The position numbers and the translations under genes are program-made. A stretch of DNA of 63,578 nucleotides, the filler included, from Nemertoderma westbladi (lineage: Eukaryota; Animalia; Xenacoelomorpha), in assembly GCA_032718475.1 (NCBI GenBank). It is 3 parts of 3 records of this genome, joined end to end, with 100 filler letters (N's around TTAATTAATTAA, not from the genome) between each part and the next. Parts side by side here need not be neighbours in the genome. Positions count along the whole stretch, not along the records: positions 24,854 to 51,059 come from JAUCBJ010000338.1; 2 more parts are not named here. The stretch is one strand, 5' to 3'. The notes beneath the pieces were generated by a model, which saw nothing but the letters and a program-made list of their open reading frames with translations, was not told the origin of the DNA and did no database searches. Numbering within the stretch: position 1 is the first letter of the stretch; every line of letters starts with the position of its first letter. Shown here in pieces: positions 26,783 to 38,545 of the stretch.

Positions 26783-27998
26783 TGTTCTCGCTTTCAGACC
26801 TTTGGCAGTTTAACCCACCAAATTAAGATGTCTGCTAGATATTAAATCGGTTTTTAGTCTATGACAAGTATTTGATTCACTACACTAGTCGAAACCAATC
26901 TGTGCGCGATCATTCACCCGCTGGATATTCCCGGGAGATTGGGTTCGACGGTTTAATTTTATTGCTATGTAAGCCTAATGTATTATTCGACTGACAGTAT
27001 TATATAATCTCTGACAATATTATTCACCTTCGGGAATATTAACAGTTCCTTTAGGACGTGGCGCTTTATCTATATAAACAGAGTTATGACTTAAACTACT
27101 CACAACGATATGGCTTAATTATAATTCACATATATGGCGCATTCTTTAGGAATTGCTTCTTTAACAGACTCACTCATACACAATGCTGCACAATACTGCA
27201 CACTAATTTGCCAATCTTCACTGATTTTAGTCACATATAAAAGGAACACAGACTGACTCATGTAGGGTCTATCAAATAACATTAGATTCACTTCAAACCA
27301 CTTTAACATAAGTCACAATCGTTTATCTGTAACCCTTCTCTCTTACCTTCGGTATATCAAGAATATTGGGTTTCGGGGTTATTTATCGTTATTCCAAATA
27401 TAATAATTCATCAACCATGTTATGAAGAACTGACAGTAAATAGCAGTATAAAACAACAATGAAAACACTGATTGTTATGAGTTTGCAATGTTTCAGCAGT
27501 CAGCATGTATGATCAGTCAGCAGTGATTCCATGAGTCAGGTAGTTAAAGGATATATGCCCTTTATAATTAAACCTACTAGTGTAAGACTAAAAACTGAAA
27601 ACACGGAGGTGCCAAAGCCGGTTCTTAGGCTCTGGGCAAAAAACATAACACTGAACTACTGAGTTTCTGTATATACCTCCAACACAAAGACAACAAACGC
27701 TCTGATTGGTCAACCTGAACAACGAGAGAACAGAGAAACAAAGAAACGTCGACGTGGCAATATCAGCTGCTAGCTGTCGTCATGGTAGCGACACTGTTTT
27801 CAAGAGTATCGAGCTTTTACGTCACGGAATTACGGATTATGTCCTCTAAAGTACAAATACAGAAGAAATAGCTCTTATGTCCGCTAAAACACCAGTACAG
27901 CAAGGACACGGCCTTTTTATGCCTGGTAAACCAACTACAGAGTACTTTACGGGAAAAATAAGGAAAAATAACCGGACAATTCAGTAAAAGCTTTTACA
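26783..27998 (-). mobile_element. 5' LTR of BEL copy C
   Basis: Sense TGTAAAAGCTTTT...GAAAGCGAGAACA; homologous to the other LTRs. Confidence 0.92.
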
Positions 27999-28300
27999 GA
28001 CCCCTTCTCGTATCCCGTTTTATGGAAAATATAAAAAGTAAACACAAAATAGGATAAACAGATGGTCACATGTTCGACCCCTACTCGTATTCGTTTTATG
28101 GAAAATATAAAAAGTAAACACAAAATAGGATGAACAGATGGTCACGGGTTCAATCCCTAATCGCAACCATTATAAAACCAACACAAAATAAGTTAAACCA
28201 GGGTTCGAGTCCTACTAATGCAATTATAAAAAGTAGGTAACACGGATGGTCATGGATTCGATCCCTACTCGCGATCATTATAAAACCAACACAAAATAAA
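27999..28300 (+). repeat. Tandem array of ~54-76-bp units, each with TATAAAA and a tRNA T-arm/B-box motif
   Basis: TATAAAA at ~28030, 28106, 28171, 28225, 28279; GTTCGACCC ~28072, GGTTCAATCC ~28147, GGTTCGAGTCC 28202, GATTCGATCC ~28255; left end cut mid-unit by LTR C. Confidence 0.85.
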
Positions 28301-28338
28301 TAATATAGTAAACTTTCATGTATACCATAGTAAATAAA

Positions 28339-28854
28339 CTAATTTAATAATAAAGTTTGTAAAATAGAAAATGATTCGGGGAATTCAGCGGCAGGACACA
28401 TGGAAACGATTTTATTACTATGAAATACACTGAAATATGCACGTCCTATATATATTCTAATCGCGCAAAATAATTCGGGGGTATAGCTAATAAATATTAC
28501 TTTATTATTAATTGTATGATGTCCACATTTTTTCATTAATAATTTAAAATTAACACTTGGAAAAATAATAGTTCGTGTTTCGGTATTAAGTTTCAAATTT
28601 TGTAATTGCATACCGATAGTTTGTTTTAAATAAAGCAATTCACTTTCTAAATCATTGCATAGGCCTACAATTGTTACTGCGCCGCTGGGAAATAGCATTA
28701 TAGTTGAATCGTCACCTTTGTAGATAAACATGTTTGGTTTTAAGCAACTCCGACCTGTAATTTGCTGTGAAATTTTCTCTATTTCAAATTTGTCAATGTT
28801 TTTTCCGGTAAACTGTTTATTGGTTAATGCTAATTTGTTGCTCAATTTCTTATT
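28339..28854 (-). CDS. Divergent TATA-binding-protein (TBP)-fold protein, ~170 aa, core only
   Basis: Two TBP-like half repeats: LALTNKQFTG..IMLFPSGAVTIVG (cf. LQNIVST..ALIFSSGKMVCTG) and LKLNTET..SYTPELFCAI..SVFHSNKIV (cf. IQN..SYEPELFPGL..LIFVSGKVV); open frame, no ATG at the start, preceded by acceptor-like TTTTATTTTTCTAG. Confidence 0.72.
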   Translation of the reverse strand, partial: NKKLSNKLALTNKQFTGKNIDKFEIEKISQQITGRSCLKPNMFIYKGDDSTIMLFPSGAVTIVGLCNDLESELLYLKQTIGMQLQNLKLNTETRTIIFPSVNFKLLMKKCGHHTINNKVIFISYTPELFCAIRIYIGRAYFSVFHSNKIVSMCPAAEFPESFSILQTLLLN

Positions 28855-28868
28855 CTAGAAAAATAAAA

Positions 28869-31800
28869 TTAAGTCCTAATAGGGGGGATTACTACTCGTT
28901 TCGCCGGTCTAACAAGCTTAGTGCTATAGTGTCCGTATGGTTTGCTGCTATATTTACTACTCCAATATGATTTCGTATCCCAGAGCGTTAGTGCCTTCTT
29001 ATAGACATGACCAGTAAAAATTTGATGCTTTCTAGAAGTGAAGGTAGAGTTATAGCGGAAGAGCATTGCCTCATTTTCAAAACAGGCTGCATAATCCTCG
29101 TGTGTTAGTTGCTTAGCGACAACCGATCTAGATACACCTTTGGCGGTTTTCTTGATTGGGGCATCGTAGGATTGAAAACTGTAGACCTTTGGTTTAAGGA
29201 AAACCCACTGTTTATACTGCAAACCGCAGCTCTCATCTTTTACAAAGCCGAGAGCCGCTTTGTGTTTAATTGTATAGAGTGGATGTGTTGTACTGTAGTT
29301 GGAAGTATCTAGGAAACCACCCTCAAACATTGCCCGTAGAAAGGTTAGCTGTGGTGTATTAGTTACGCTTAGAATTAGAGAATCGGTGTCACCAGCTAGA
29401 CAGCGAATCTGGCAATCCAGTTTTTGTTCTAGAGGCTTCAGGTTGTTGTAAAATAGGTCGTACATCTGTAGCTTAGATAGATCTAGTATAGTGCAACCGG
29501 TGAACACGCCCTGATTTAGGCAAACAGCCTCTTTTAGTGAAAGTATGACCACTCAATTTGGGGGTAAAGACAACAAACGATTCGTGGTTGGGCTTGGCTA
29601 AGAGCAAATGGCATTGCTCGTCGCTATTGCATAACCTGAAAGAAACGCGGTCTCTAACCTTTTGGAGGCATTTCCCATACAAGGCATTGTTCATCAACTT
29701 ATAAAATAGGACCTCGAATGGGTTATTTGCCGACTGTCTTTTACTCGTATTAAAACTAATGTAGTCCTTGAAAATATATTTTTGTGAGAAAGAGTAGACC
29801 CTGTGAACTTGTGTAAGTTTAAGACCGAGCTTCAAATAGAGCTGAAGTAGCTTAATATGGATACCGTATTCAACCTTATTAAACTGATGTAGTAGTAGCT
29901 TAGTACAGGTGTCGTTGTATGGTTTATAAGTAGCCGTATCGGTGAGATTGTAATGCTCCCAAAGATCTTCCATGTATTCGCTAAGAAAGGATTTAGGGAC
30001 TGACATCTTCTCCGCTCCTAGAGGCAGATCGGCGGTCAAATCATGAATTTCTTCCGGGTAATGTAGATCAACTATGCAATAATAACCAGTGTCCCCACTC
30101 GCGTCTACTGTAGCTAGGTCTATGGGGGTAGTTACGAGTTTAATATTAGCGTAGGGAAGTTTCTGGCTCAGGGCGCAGCCGTAAAGGTTATTCGCATCGA
30201 TGGGAATTAGATATTTCTCGGGGAGACTGGAGTCAAAGTCGGGTTTATCGGGGATATTTGCGTCTACGGAATGTGTATTCAAGAAAACTAGACCACCCCT
30301 AATATTTGTTTCAAAGTCCGAGTAGATGGAAGCGTCTGATAGTAATTGAATTTCTGATTGCGTGAATTTCAGCGCCGCGTCGTAAGTTAATCCTGGGGCA
30401 GTGAAGTACATTACGGGCTCGAGTCCATAATTAGTAAGACAGAGGGATCGGAACTGCTCGAAAGTATCAGCCAATAGGGTAACGTCTAGAACCAAATAGC
30501 CAATCATATAGTCGAAGATTGATGCGCAGTTTAATTCATCCCAAGTAGTAAGCGCGCGCTGATAGTTTTCTACGCTGCATTGCTCCAATTTGAGATCATT
30601 ATAGAAGCTTTCTATTGGGGGGAGTGTAGTTTCGTGTAGGTTTGAAATATTTTGAATGTAAGAATATGGGAATACGCCCTTTTTTTTATTGTGTTATCGC
30701 TAATATTGGAATATTGAGCTAGTGTATGGGGTATGGCTGTTGCTAGGTTACTATTATTTTTAGTGAGATAACTACTGAGATTATCTAGGCTGGCAGTCAT
30801 AAATTGATAGGAATCTAGAAAATTAGTGGAGATACTTTCTTTAGCATTGGCTGTTGGTGTACTCGGATCGATTGGAAAGCTAACTTTAAGGTGAATATAG
30901 GTTTCGGTGTTTTTTGGTATTACAGTCATTTTCCAGTGTGTTCTAGAACTATCGGTCATTCCTTCTTTTAATAGTAAATGCATATCGAATTTCCTCAAGT
31001 TATGAAATATAATATAAAAATTATTCCGTTTTAGTGATAGTTTCCTGTTGCAGCTAATGCAAGAACCCCCTCGATACTCCCCGCTATAATGATAGTGATC
31101 GCGGACTTTGGTACTGAGATTGTCAATGAGGTTTAAATTATGAGAATCAGGGGTTAAATTACAGTTGCAGACGTAGCATTGTGTAGCGTTATTAAAGTCA
31201 GTTTGTTGGCTAGTAGTGAGTTGCATAGGGGCGTGCGTGTTTGTACTAGAAATGGACCAATCGTATAACTCCCTACAATGACTTTCCCTAGCGGTTAGAA
31301 AGTCGCGCATTACATGGTTACTGCCATCGTCGCGGAAAATTTGAACATCTGTTTTAGGGGGGTTAATTAATTTCTGATTTGCTACTGTATAAAAGGCTGC
31401 CGTGCTAGCTTTATGTTTCTGTGGGAGTTTAATATTGTTTGTAGGTTCTAGAATAGTTTCAATGTCGGCGTATATACAGAAAGGTTGGGATAGAGTCTCA
31501 TCGTACCGGTCAAATTTAACCAGGAGATTTTCGGGCATATACTCGAGTTGTCGTTTACCCGTATAGCAGCGCTCTCGATGTTCTTCCAGCGAGTTGTCAG
31601 TGTAAAAGGCTCTGAGACAGCGTTCGCAGTGCGTCTTGTTGCCGGTAGAAGTAGCTTTTGTATTTATTAGTCTATCTATGGTAGTAATAGCTACGTAGTG
31701 GGTGGGGTTTTTGGATGTGGCTTCGATAAATAATAAATTTAGTACAGTTTTAATGGAACAGTGCGCGCTATCTGGTTGATTTACAGTAGAATGGAGAGTT

Positions 31801-32587
31801 CTTCCTTATTACTCCAATATAAAAGGTTTATACAGTATAAAGGTTTGCTTTCAGAAACTGGGGAATACCAGTTACTCTGTCCACCGGAAAACTTAAACTG
31901 GAAAATTCAAACATGTTTAAGAAAGGAGTATATGTTGATCTTCTTTCGATATTATTTTTTTTTCTATCAATTTTCTTATAATTCGCGGCGGCCAATACTG
32001 CGTATTTAAAGCATTCCCCCAGCGGGCAGTCTACGCTTACGGTACAATGTTTATTTAATAATAATTTCGAATTATTGAAGCCTTGACCCTTTAAATAGGG
32101 GTTGCGTTGGGAACGCGCAATCTCAATAGTTATTCGCTCGATAGCTATTATGCGCCAACCCGAGCCGAGGCAGAGAAACACACTTAATAGCTGATCGATA
32201 CGATTGACGGCGCCAGAAAACCAGTTATTAAAGTCGCTATTATTTAGAATTTGATTATTGTTACCGCTAGATTTAAAACAGAATGATTCAATTTGAAAAC
32301 CCTTGCTGGTTTCGCGCTCCATTGCGATATTGATAGTTAGCCAGACTCTTAAAAAAGTTCCCAAAGCACTATGTAAATGGCTACTAACGTGTTCTTGGAT
32401 ATGTGGAAAATTTCATTTAAAGTTAGTTCAACATCGAGTCTTGTTTAGGAGAGATCATTGTTATAAGTAAACAGTTGTCCGTGTGCGCTTCCGTTGGAGG
32501 GAGGTTGAAAGGGATTGTTTGGCGAAATAGAGTTATAATCTCGCAAAGTTGATGTTTTGTTATTGGAGCCGCCGCCGCCGACTTGTT
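28869..32587 (-). pseudogene. polB: Protein-primed family B DNA polymerase (Polinton/adintovirus type), several frameshifts and stops
   Basis: GSGW..CFKYAVLA N-terminal region, CERC..H..C finger, IYADIET (ExoI), CYVC..VRDHYHYSGEYRGGSCISCN, FHNLRKFD (ExoII), FLDS, KGVFPY (frameshifted), DVTLLAD, IRGG, DANNLYG, YKLMNNALYGK, GDTDS, KPKVYS, KGV. Confidence 0.92.
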
Positions 32588-32841
32588 CTGGAGTAGAGTA
32601 CAAATGAATAATTAATTTAAAATTAAATACAAATAATTATTTAAAATAAAGTACAAATAAATAAAGTACAATTAAATAAATTAATTAAAAATAAGTATAA
32701 TTGAATAAATACAAATAAATAAATTAAAATTAATTATAAATAAATAGGTAATAATATATCTAAATAAGCCTCAAACATCTTGCCTCATAGATCGCCCCTT
32801 AGAACTCTTAAGCAATATAACTACATAGTTTTGCGGATTGT

Positions 32842-32914
32842 AAATAACAAAGCTAGAGAAGATGTTAATTTTCAAATAATACGCCCTCTAGCGGCAGACA
32901 GGGGAACTTCAGAC
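32842..32914. repeat. ~72-bp direct repeat, copy 1, with CTCF-like motif CGCCCTCTAGCGG
   Basis: Closely similar to 38013-38084; the two copies flank the LINE. Confidence 0.8.
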
Positions 32915-33111
32915 TACTCTATAACTCCGCAAAAGATATGGCCTATTATTATTACTATTATTATTCACGTACACCAGTTACCTGGGAACAAAGTATGCAC
33001 TGTACTTACATAGATACATGGTGTAGTAGATAGAGCACAATTTGTACTAATGGTTGAACATAAACGGCAGTAAATGAAGGAACACCAAACAAAAACACCA
33101 AAACCACAAAA

Positions 33112-36100
33112 TTAGACAGATGAAACGTAATCCAATATAGATTTCAGCTCAATATTTGAAAAATTATCTACAGAAGCAACATTGGAGATCGCATCAATTA
33201 ATTCTCTGCACAAGGTAATTCTTCACTCATCTTCAACTGCACAAATAGAATACTTAAGTTTTCTAGCTACCAAATTAGCAGTTAATTTAGTAATATCTGA
33301 TATACCAATGAGATTTGCAATATACCGTAAATTACACCCACTAGTACTCCTACAGTCGTATAGAAATCGGTAGCCTAGGAACCACAGACACAATCTATCT
33401 GAAGAAATAATCGAATTAGTAAAGTTAATAAAATTTTTACACATTGAGATCCAAGGATGAGGAAAATTAACCAAACCTTCTACTATAAACCTATGCGAGT
33501 TATAAGGTAAACCACAGACAATTCGAACGTTAGTAGTCCAACTATTGAAAAACTTCTTACATTCCATTGATTGAAAATTCCATAAACTACTACCATACAA
33601 ATCTAAAGCATATAAACGTTGAATGTAAGTTATATTTGCCGGGTGACAGTAATAAAATTCTTGTTTAAGATTATTAAGTTTACCTATTAATTTACCCCGT
33701 TTCAACAAAATGTCATCTGAAAAACAGCACTTATAATCTAGCACATTGCCCAAATGGGTTGCCTTTTTAACCCAAGGCAAAACACAGTTACCTATAACAA
33801 TTAACGCAGTTGGTGGGTTCCAACATTTGCTAAAAGGGATACACTTACATTTACTTTTGGATTGGTCACTACTTACACTAAGTCGCAAACCAAATTCTCT
33901 ACAAAACCTTTGGCATATATTAACCATAAACTGCAGACCGGACACTGATGGGCACAAAAGAAGAACATCATCAGCGTACGCCAAAACACCAAAATACTGC
34001 CCTCCTACAAAACACCCCACCCTACAAGATCGCAGTGACTTAATTAATATATGCAATACCACACAAAACAAAATCGGGGAACAAACTGAACCCTGACGCA
34101 CTCCATTCGAAGTATTAAATTGAAAAGAGAGAGCGTTTAACCATTTAACTGAACAAATTTGGTTTTTATAAATAAACAACAGACATCTCAAATATAAGAC
34201 AGAAAATCCCTTTTTAATTAGCTCTAGGAATAATTTTGGCCATTCGACTAAATCAAAGGCCTTCGTGAAATCTAAAAGGCAGCCATACACCGGTGTAGAA
34301 TTACGAGAATAATAATTTATCACTTCAGAGGCGGACCAGGTGCACATGACTGTACTAGACTTTATGCGGAAACCAAATTGCAAATCGTCAAGACGCAACT
34401 TGTCTCCTTGACTGATAAGCATTAACCATTCAAAAACTTTCAACAATAATGCACAGATAGCAATAGCTCTATAATTGTTATCATCAGATAAATCACCAAG
34501 ATTATTTTTAACTATAGGAACAAACGAAATTGACAGTAAACTATTAGACACAAAACCGTGCGATAGAAAAGAATTAAACAACTTTGCTAAATGACTTTCT
34601 AAAACGGGGCCACCATTAATTAATACACCAGAGTCAAAAGAATATGCCACATCAGATTTAGCATTTTTTAATTTCAAAAGGGCCTCGTGAACATCAGAAG
34701 TGGAAATAAATTCACTGTGACCCGCACAATTTTCACTACCTAGCAGGTGAACTTCATCGATTCTACTTTAAATTTCAATTCGAACTAAATTATCTACTTC
34801 AGTCATTTTATGCGTATTGGTACCGGATACAGGTTGGTTGTACAGATCCTGGTAGACCCTTGCAAAATTATTCGCAATTTCTACTGGATCAGTACAGCCA
34901 CCCACCGAACCACTTACAACAGACTGATTACCTCGCAGTTTTTTAATCGCATCAAAAATGCATCTATTCCCAGACAAACAAGCATCCAAAATTTTATCGT
35001 GTTTAACCAAATTCTGAGTCCGCTTTAGCCTACGGACAGCATATTTATACTGTGCTCTAGACTGCCTACGCATGAAATTCAAATAACTATTGGCAACTGG
35101 TCTCCCAGCTGACCTCCAAACATCGAACCAGAACATAGCCTCCGTTTTGAAACCTTTCACATATTGGTTCCATCCTGGAATAGTACGAGATCTACCATTG
35201 GCCTGCTGACTTCCGCCAGTTTGAGGCAAACATGCTGCAGCTGTATCTAAAGCCTTTAAAATATCAAGCGAGTAATTATCCAAACAAAGTCGATGTTCTG
35301 GAGATGTGCACAACAAATCATTGCAATTAAAACAATCGGAATGTAAATTAATATTCTGAAGATTGGTATTTAAACTACTCAAAAATAGCGAGATATCATC
35401 AGTGGAAGCTTTGGAAAACAAACTTCTAGAGGATTTCTCATTTTCAACTACATCAAAATTTAACAAACCTACTTTAAATTTCATATATATTGCACTGTGG
35501 TTAGATAGATTTGAACCAGAATGTATAACATCAGCCTCATAACACGCATCTAGTACATCCCTACTCACAATAAAGTGATCTATAGTAGAACGATGTATGA
35601 CATTATCAAACATAAAAAGGTAAGTATAATCTATAGGGAATACATTCCACATGCGAGAAAGCGCATTGTTTTCTAAAAAATCCTTTAAATATTGCACAGA
35701 AGCTGACGTACGTAAGAAATCAGCATTTAAATCTCCCACCCATATCACACTGGTACTAGACGTTCTTGATATGACATCGTCAATATCATTTAAAATACAC
35801 AGAAAGTCATCAGAAAGTGATTCCATGGTCCGTGAATCTGTCGGAAAATATGTGTTTAAAAGTAAAAGATTTCCACCCGGCAATTTCAACTCTAGTGCTT
35901 GCAAGCGTGGATTATTAGTTTTAACTACACGAATATATTTAGATATTGATTTACACCATAAAATACAGAGGCCACCGCTGGGTCTACCTCTACCTACATT
36001 ATCATCATTGAAATACGCTGGCACTGCATTGAAATTATGGTTGGGGAATAAACCCTTAAATTTAGTGCAATTCGCTGACAACAAAAAATGTTCCTGTAAG

Positions 36101-36264
36101 CATACAATTTTTGAACTGCATAACAATGCATTAATAAATTCAACTTTGTCTAACCCGAGGCCAGTACTGTTATAAGATATAACTGATAGAGACTCCATCG
36201 ATGAATCAGAGTTCGCCCCAATATTGTTACCGCTAAGGTTTTTTGAGTTACAGGCATTCGCCAT
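33112..36264 (-). pseudogene. LINE ORF2 (APE endonuclease and RT) with two in-frame stops (34768, 33223)
   Basis: SYNSTG, CLQEH, GRPSGG, NTYFP, VGDLNAD, IDHF, SNHSAI; NYRAI, QFGF, LDFTKAFD, GVRQGSVCSP, YADD, HLG; frame continues through both stops. Confidence 0.92.
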
Positions 36265-36279
36265 CGCTCCGTTAGTTAA

Positions 36280-37830
36280 TTAAGCAAATGTACCGTTACC
36301 ACCACGATCAGAAGGCCGGTAAGTCCACTCATGTACATGGACACCCCGCGGCCACACATCGGGATTGAAAGCGGCATCGAGTTGACTCGCTCGTAACCCC
36401 ACCCTGAAACTCGCAGCCCGCGCCTCTGGGCGCGATACACGCTTAATGTCACGTGCTTGCACTGACAACCCTTTGTCAGCTAACCAAGTAGACATCTGCG
36501 ACACAGTTACCTCCGGCGCCACCCGATAGACGAATAACTCTGTCGGAGCGGCCCGCAACTGGGGATTCCCAGAGTCACTTACTGTCACGGGGGAACCTGT
36601 AGTACCCACAATCGCACGATTCGGAAGTTGATTTTTTGGGAGGGGAACTTTCTGCTGCTTGCGAGCCAAACGAGTATCCTTCTGCGAATGTTGAACTGTC
36701 CAATCAGTATTCTCTTTGTCTGGAAGAATCTCCATCTCAGAATCAAAAAGTACCTCATTGGTGTCATCACCAGCGTCGCCATCCGTGTCAGACAACGGGC
36801 GCGGTCATTTGACACTGCCTCTTTCCTCAGCAACTTGATTACTCGATGCTCGCGGTGTAGCAAGCGGGTTGAAGTAACCATACCCAAGCCGATTATTCGT
36901 TTGCGGATCAACCTGAACTGTTTCAAGTAATTTCGGGCGCGCTCCAGCCGACTTCCAGACAGCCGACCCAGAATGTGGAGAACGATTCCTACGATCCGCC
37001 ACCACATTCCGGAACGACCTCTCCACAGTCGGAGGTCCATGGAGATTAGCCGCTCCGCCACCACCACCAGGACCACGTAACCCTGCCAGCCTGAGGGGAG
37101 GGGGCGGTTGCGGGAAATTGTTACCAGCCGGTTTGTCGATACCATTAAGTTTATTCATAAGTCTACCCTCAAGAGATCTAAACTCATCTTTCATATTAGA
37201 TTCAAGTTTACAAAATCGTTCAGTTACAAGCGTAAACACCGAAGTATTCTCTGCACTATTCATCCCGTTGTCCCCAGCGCCAGCACTACTGCTAGCTGAG
37301 ACATCAAACGAAGGCAAGGAAAGCGCATCAAGGGCTCCCACCGCAATCACAGGAAGAGAACCAGACCGATCGAGATCCTTGATTTTATCCACGATATCCT
37401 TCATATTTGCCACTGCAGCACTTCTCTCGGAAGTGTCACGCCTGTTACGACACTCACCGCTCGACTGGGCAAATAAAATCACTTTAGCTGCCCACACCTC
37501 CTCAGGCGTAAATCGCGAGAGACAACGCGATACGACTACTTCAGTATCAACAGAGCTAATACCCTGCAGCACAGCAGATAGACACTAGTTAACAATAGTT
37601 GAACTGACGCTTGGAGTGTGTCCTTGAACCACACTACCGAAATCCAAATTACCGCTACCGGTACCCGAACCAGTACCAGTAACCTGCGAATCTATCTCAG
37701 CACCAATACCAACATCAGAGACAGAGACACGTGATCGTGTAGCAACACCAGATAGCACGCCAACCGATCCCGGCAAAGTGCCATCAGGCACCCCATCGCC
37801 GGCCAGCGATTTATTACCAATCTCAGTCAT
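36280..37830 (-). pseudogene. LINE ORF1 with two in-frame stops (37585, 36805)
   Basis: Three track ORFs share one frame; FTPEEVWAAK..DIVDKI region, coiled-coil-like segment, C-terminal RRM-like LFVYRV..SFRV..WPRGVHV; ends just before ORF2. Confidence 0.85.
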
Positions 37831-38012
37831 GTAGATTAGCCAACACGGCTATACGGTCAAGCAGAATGCAGATAGCAGATGCAGATAGCAGATTAATAGT
37901 ACCTAGTACTGCTGTACTATACTATATGCTGTTTTTATACAGCGTGAATTTACTCGGCCCATATGTCCATGCCGTAGTAGATGCCTACCGAGTTTAAACC
38001 TGTTCGGAATGA

Positions 38013-38084
38013 AAATAACAAAGTTAGAGAAGATGTTAATTTTCAGATCATACGCCCTCTAGCGGCAGACTATGGAACTGCAGA
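38013..38084. repeat. ~72-bp direct repeat, copy 2 (CTCF-like motif)
   Basis: Matches 32842-32914. Confidence 0.8.
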
Positions 38085-38420
38085 TGGCTGGATATAGGTA
38101 AAAGTAATTAGTAATCAGAGGTGTCACGAGAGGGGGGCGGGGCGCTTGGATACAACTATTATTAATAAGCTGTTGCTTGGTTAAAGCTAATTGGGGGTCA
38201 AAGGTCAACGATAATGCTGTCTGGATATAGATAAGAGTAATTAGTTACAATGTATTTACAACTCAAGTGTGGATCAGGATAGTTTTCGTTAAGGTTTCAC
38301 CTTGGTGAAGTGGAAGCATTGTATTATATTTCGAGTACCATTTTTATTGAAACTACGGGGCTTTTTATATTAGCCGATTTTTCAAAATTTGAAAGTTTTT
38401 TGAGGGTTTTTATAAAAAAT

Positions 38421-38507
38421 ATAGGGATTGGCTGTTTATTTAGGGATTAACATTCAAATTGATTACGAAGAAGCAATAGGGGTCATTAATGGTATGCTGA
38501 GACTCAG
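38421..38507. repeat. ~86-bp dispersed direct repeat, also at 40515-40599
   Basis: ATAGGGATTGGCTG...ATGCTGAGACTCA nearly identical at both sites. Confidence 0.85.
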
Positions 38508-38545
38508 AAATTTTCAGGAATTTTAAATTTTTGCCTTCGCTTCGC

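Larger units (their letters stand above)
32944..37900 (-). mobile_element. Near full-length two-ORF non-LTR retrotransposon (APE-RT type; clade not assignable by eye)
   Basis: ORF1, ORF2 and (TAA)n 3' tail at ~32944-32965; 5' end approximate; no clear TSD. Confidence 0.92.

Noticed and set aside
27058-27309. Small ORFs repeated at 51308-51559 as duplicated genes
   Set aside because: They lie inside near-identical LTR copies and are not kept in the other LTRs
21023-27998. LTR B and LTR C as the two ends of one provirus
   Set aside because: The LTRs are visibly divergent, 5-bp flanks differ (ATCTT vs GACCC), and a gap separates them
27999-28300. CRISPR array or tRNA gene cluster
   Set aside because: Linkers are related to each other and only the T-arm/B-box is present; no cloverleaf
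28339-28854. Intact TBP-like frame as proof of host domestication
   Set aside because: At the lesion density seen in PolB, a 0.5-kb ORF could easily stay open by chance
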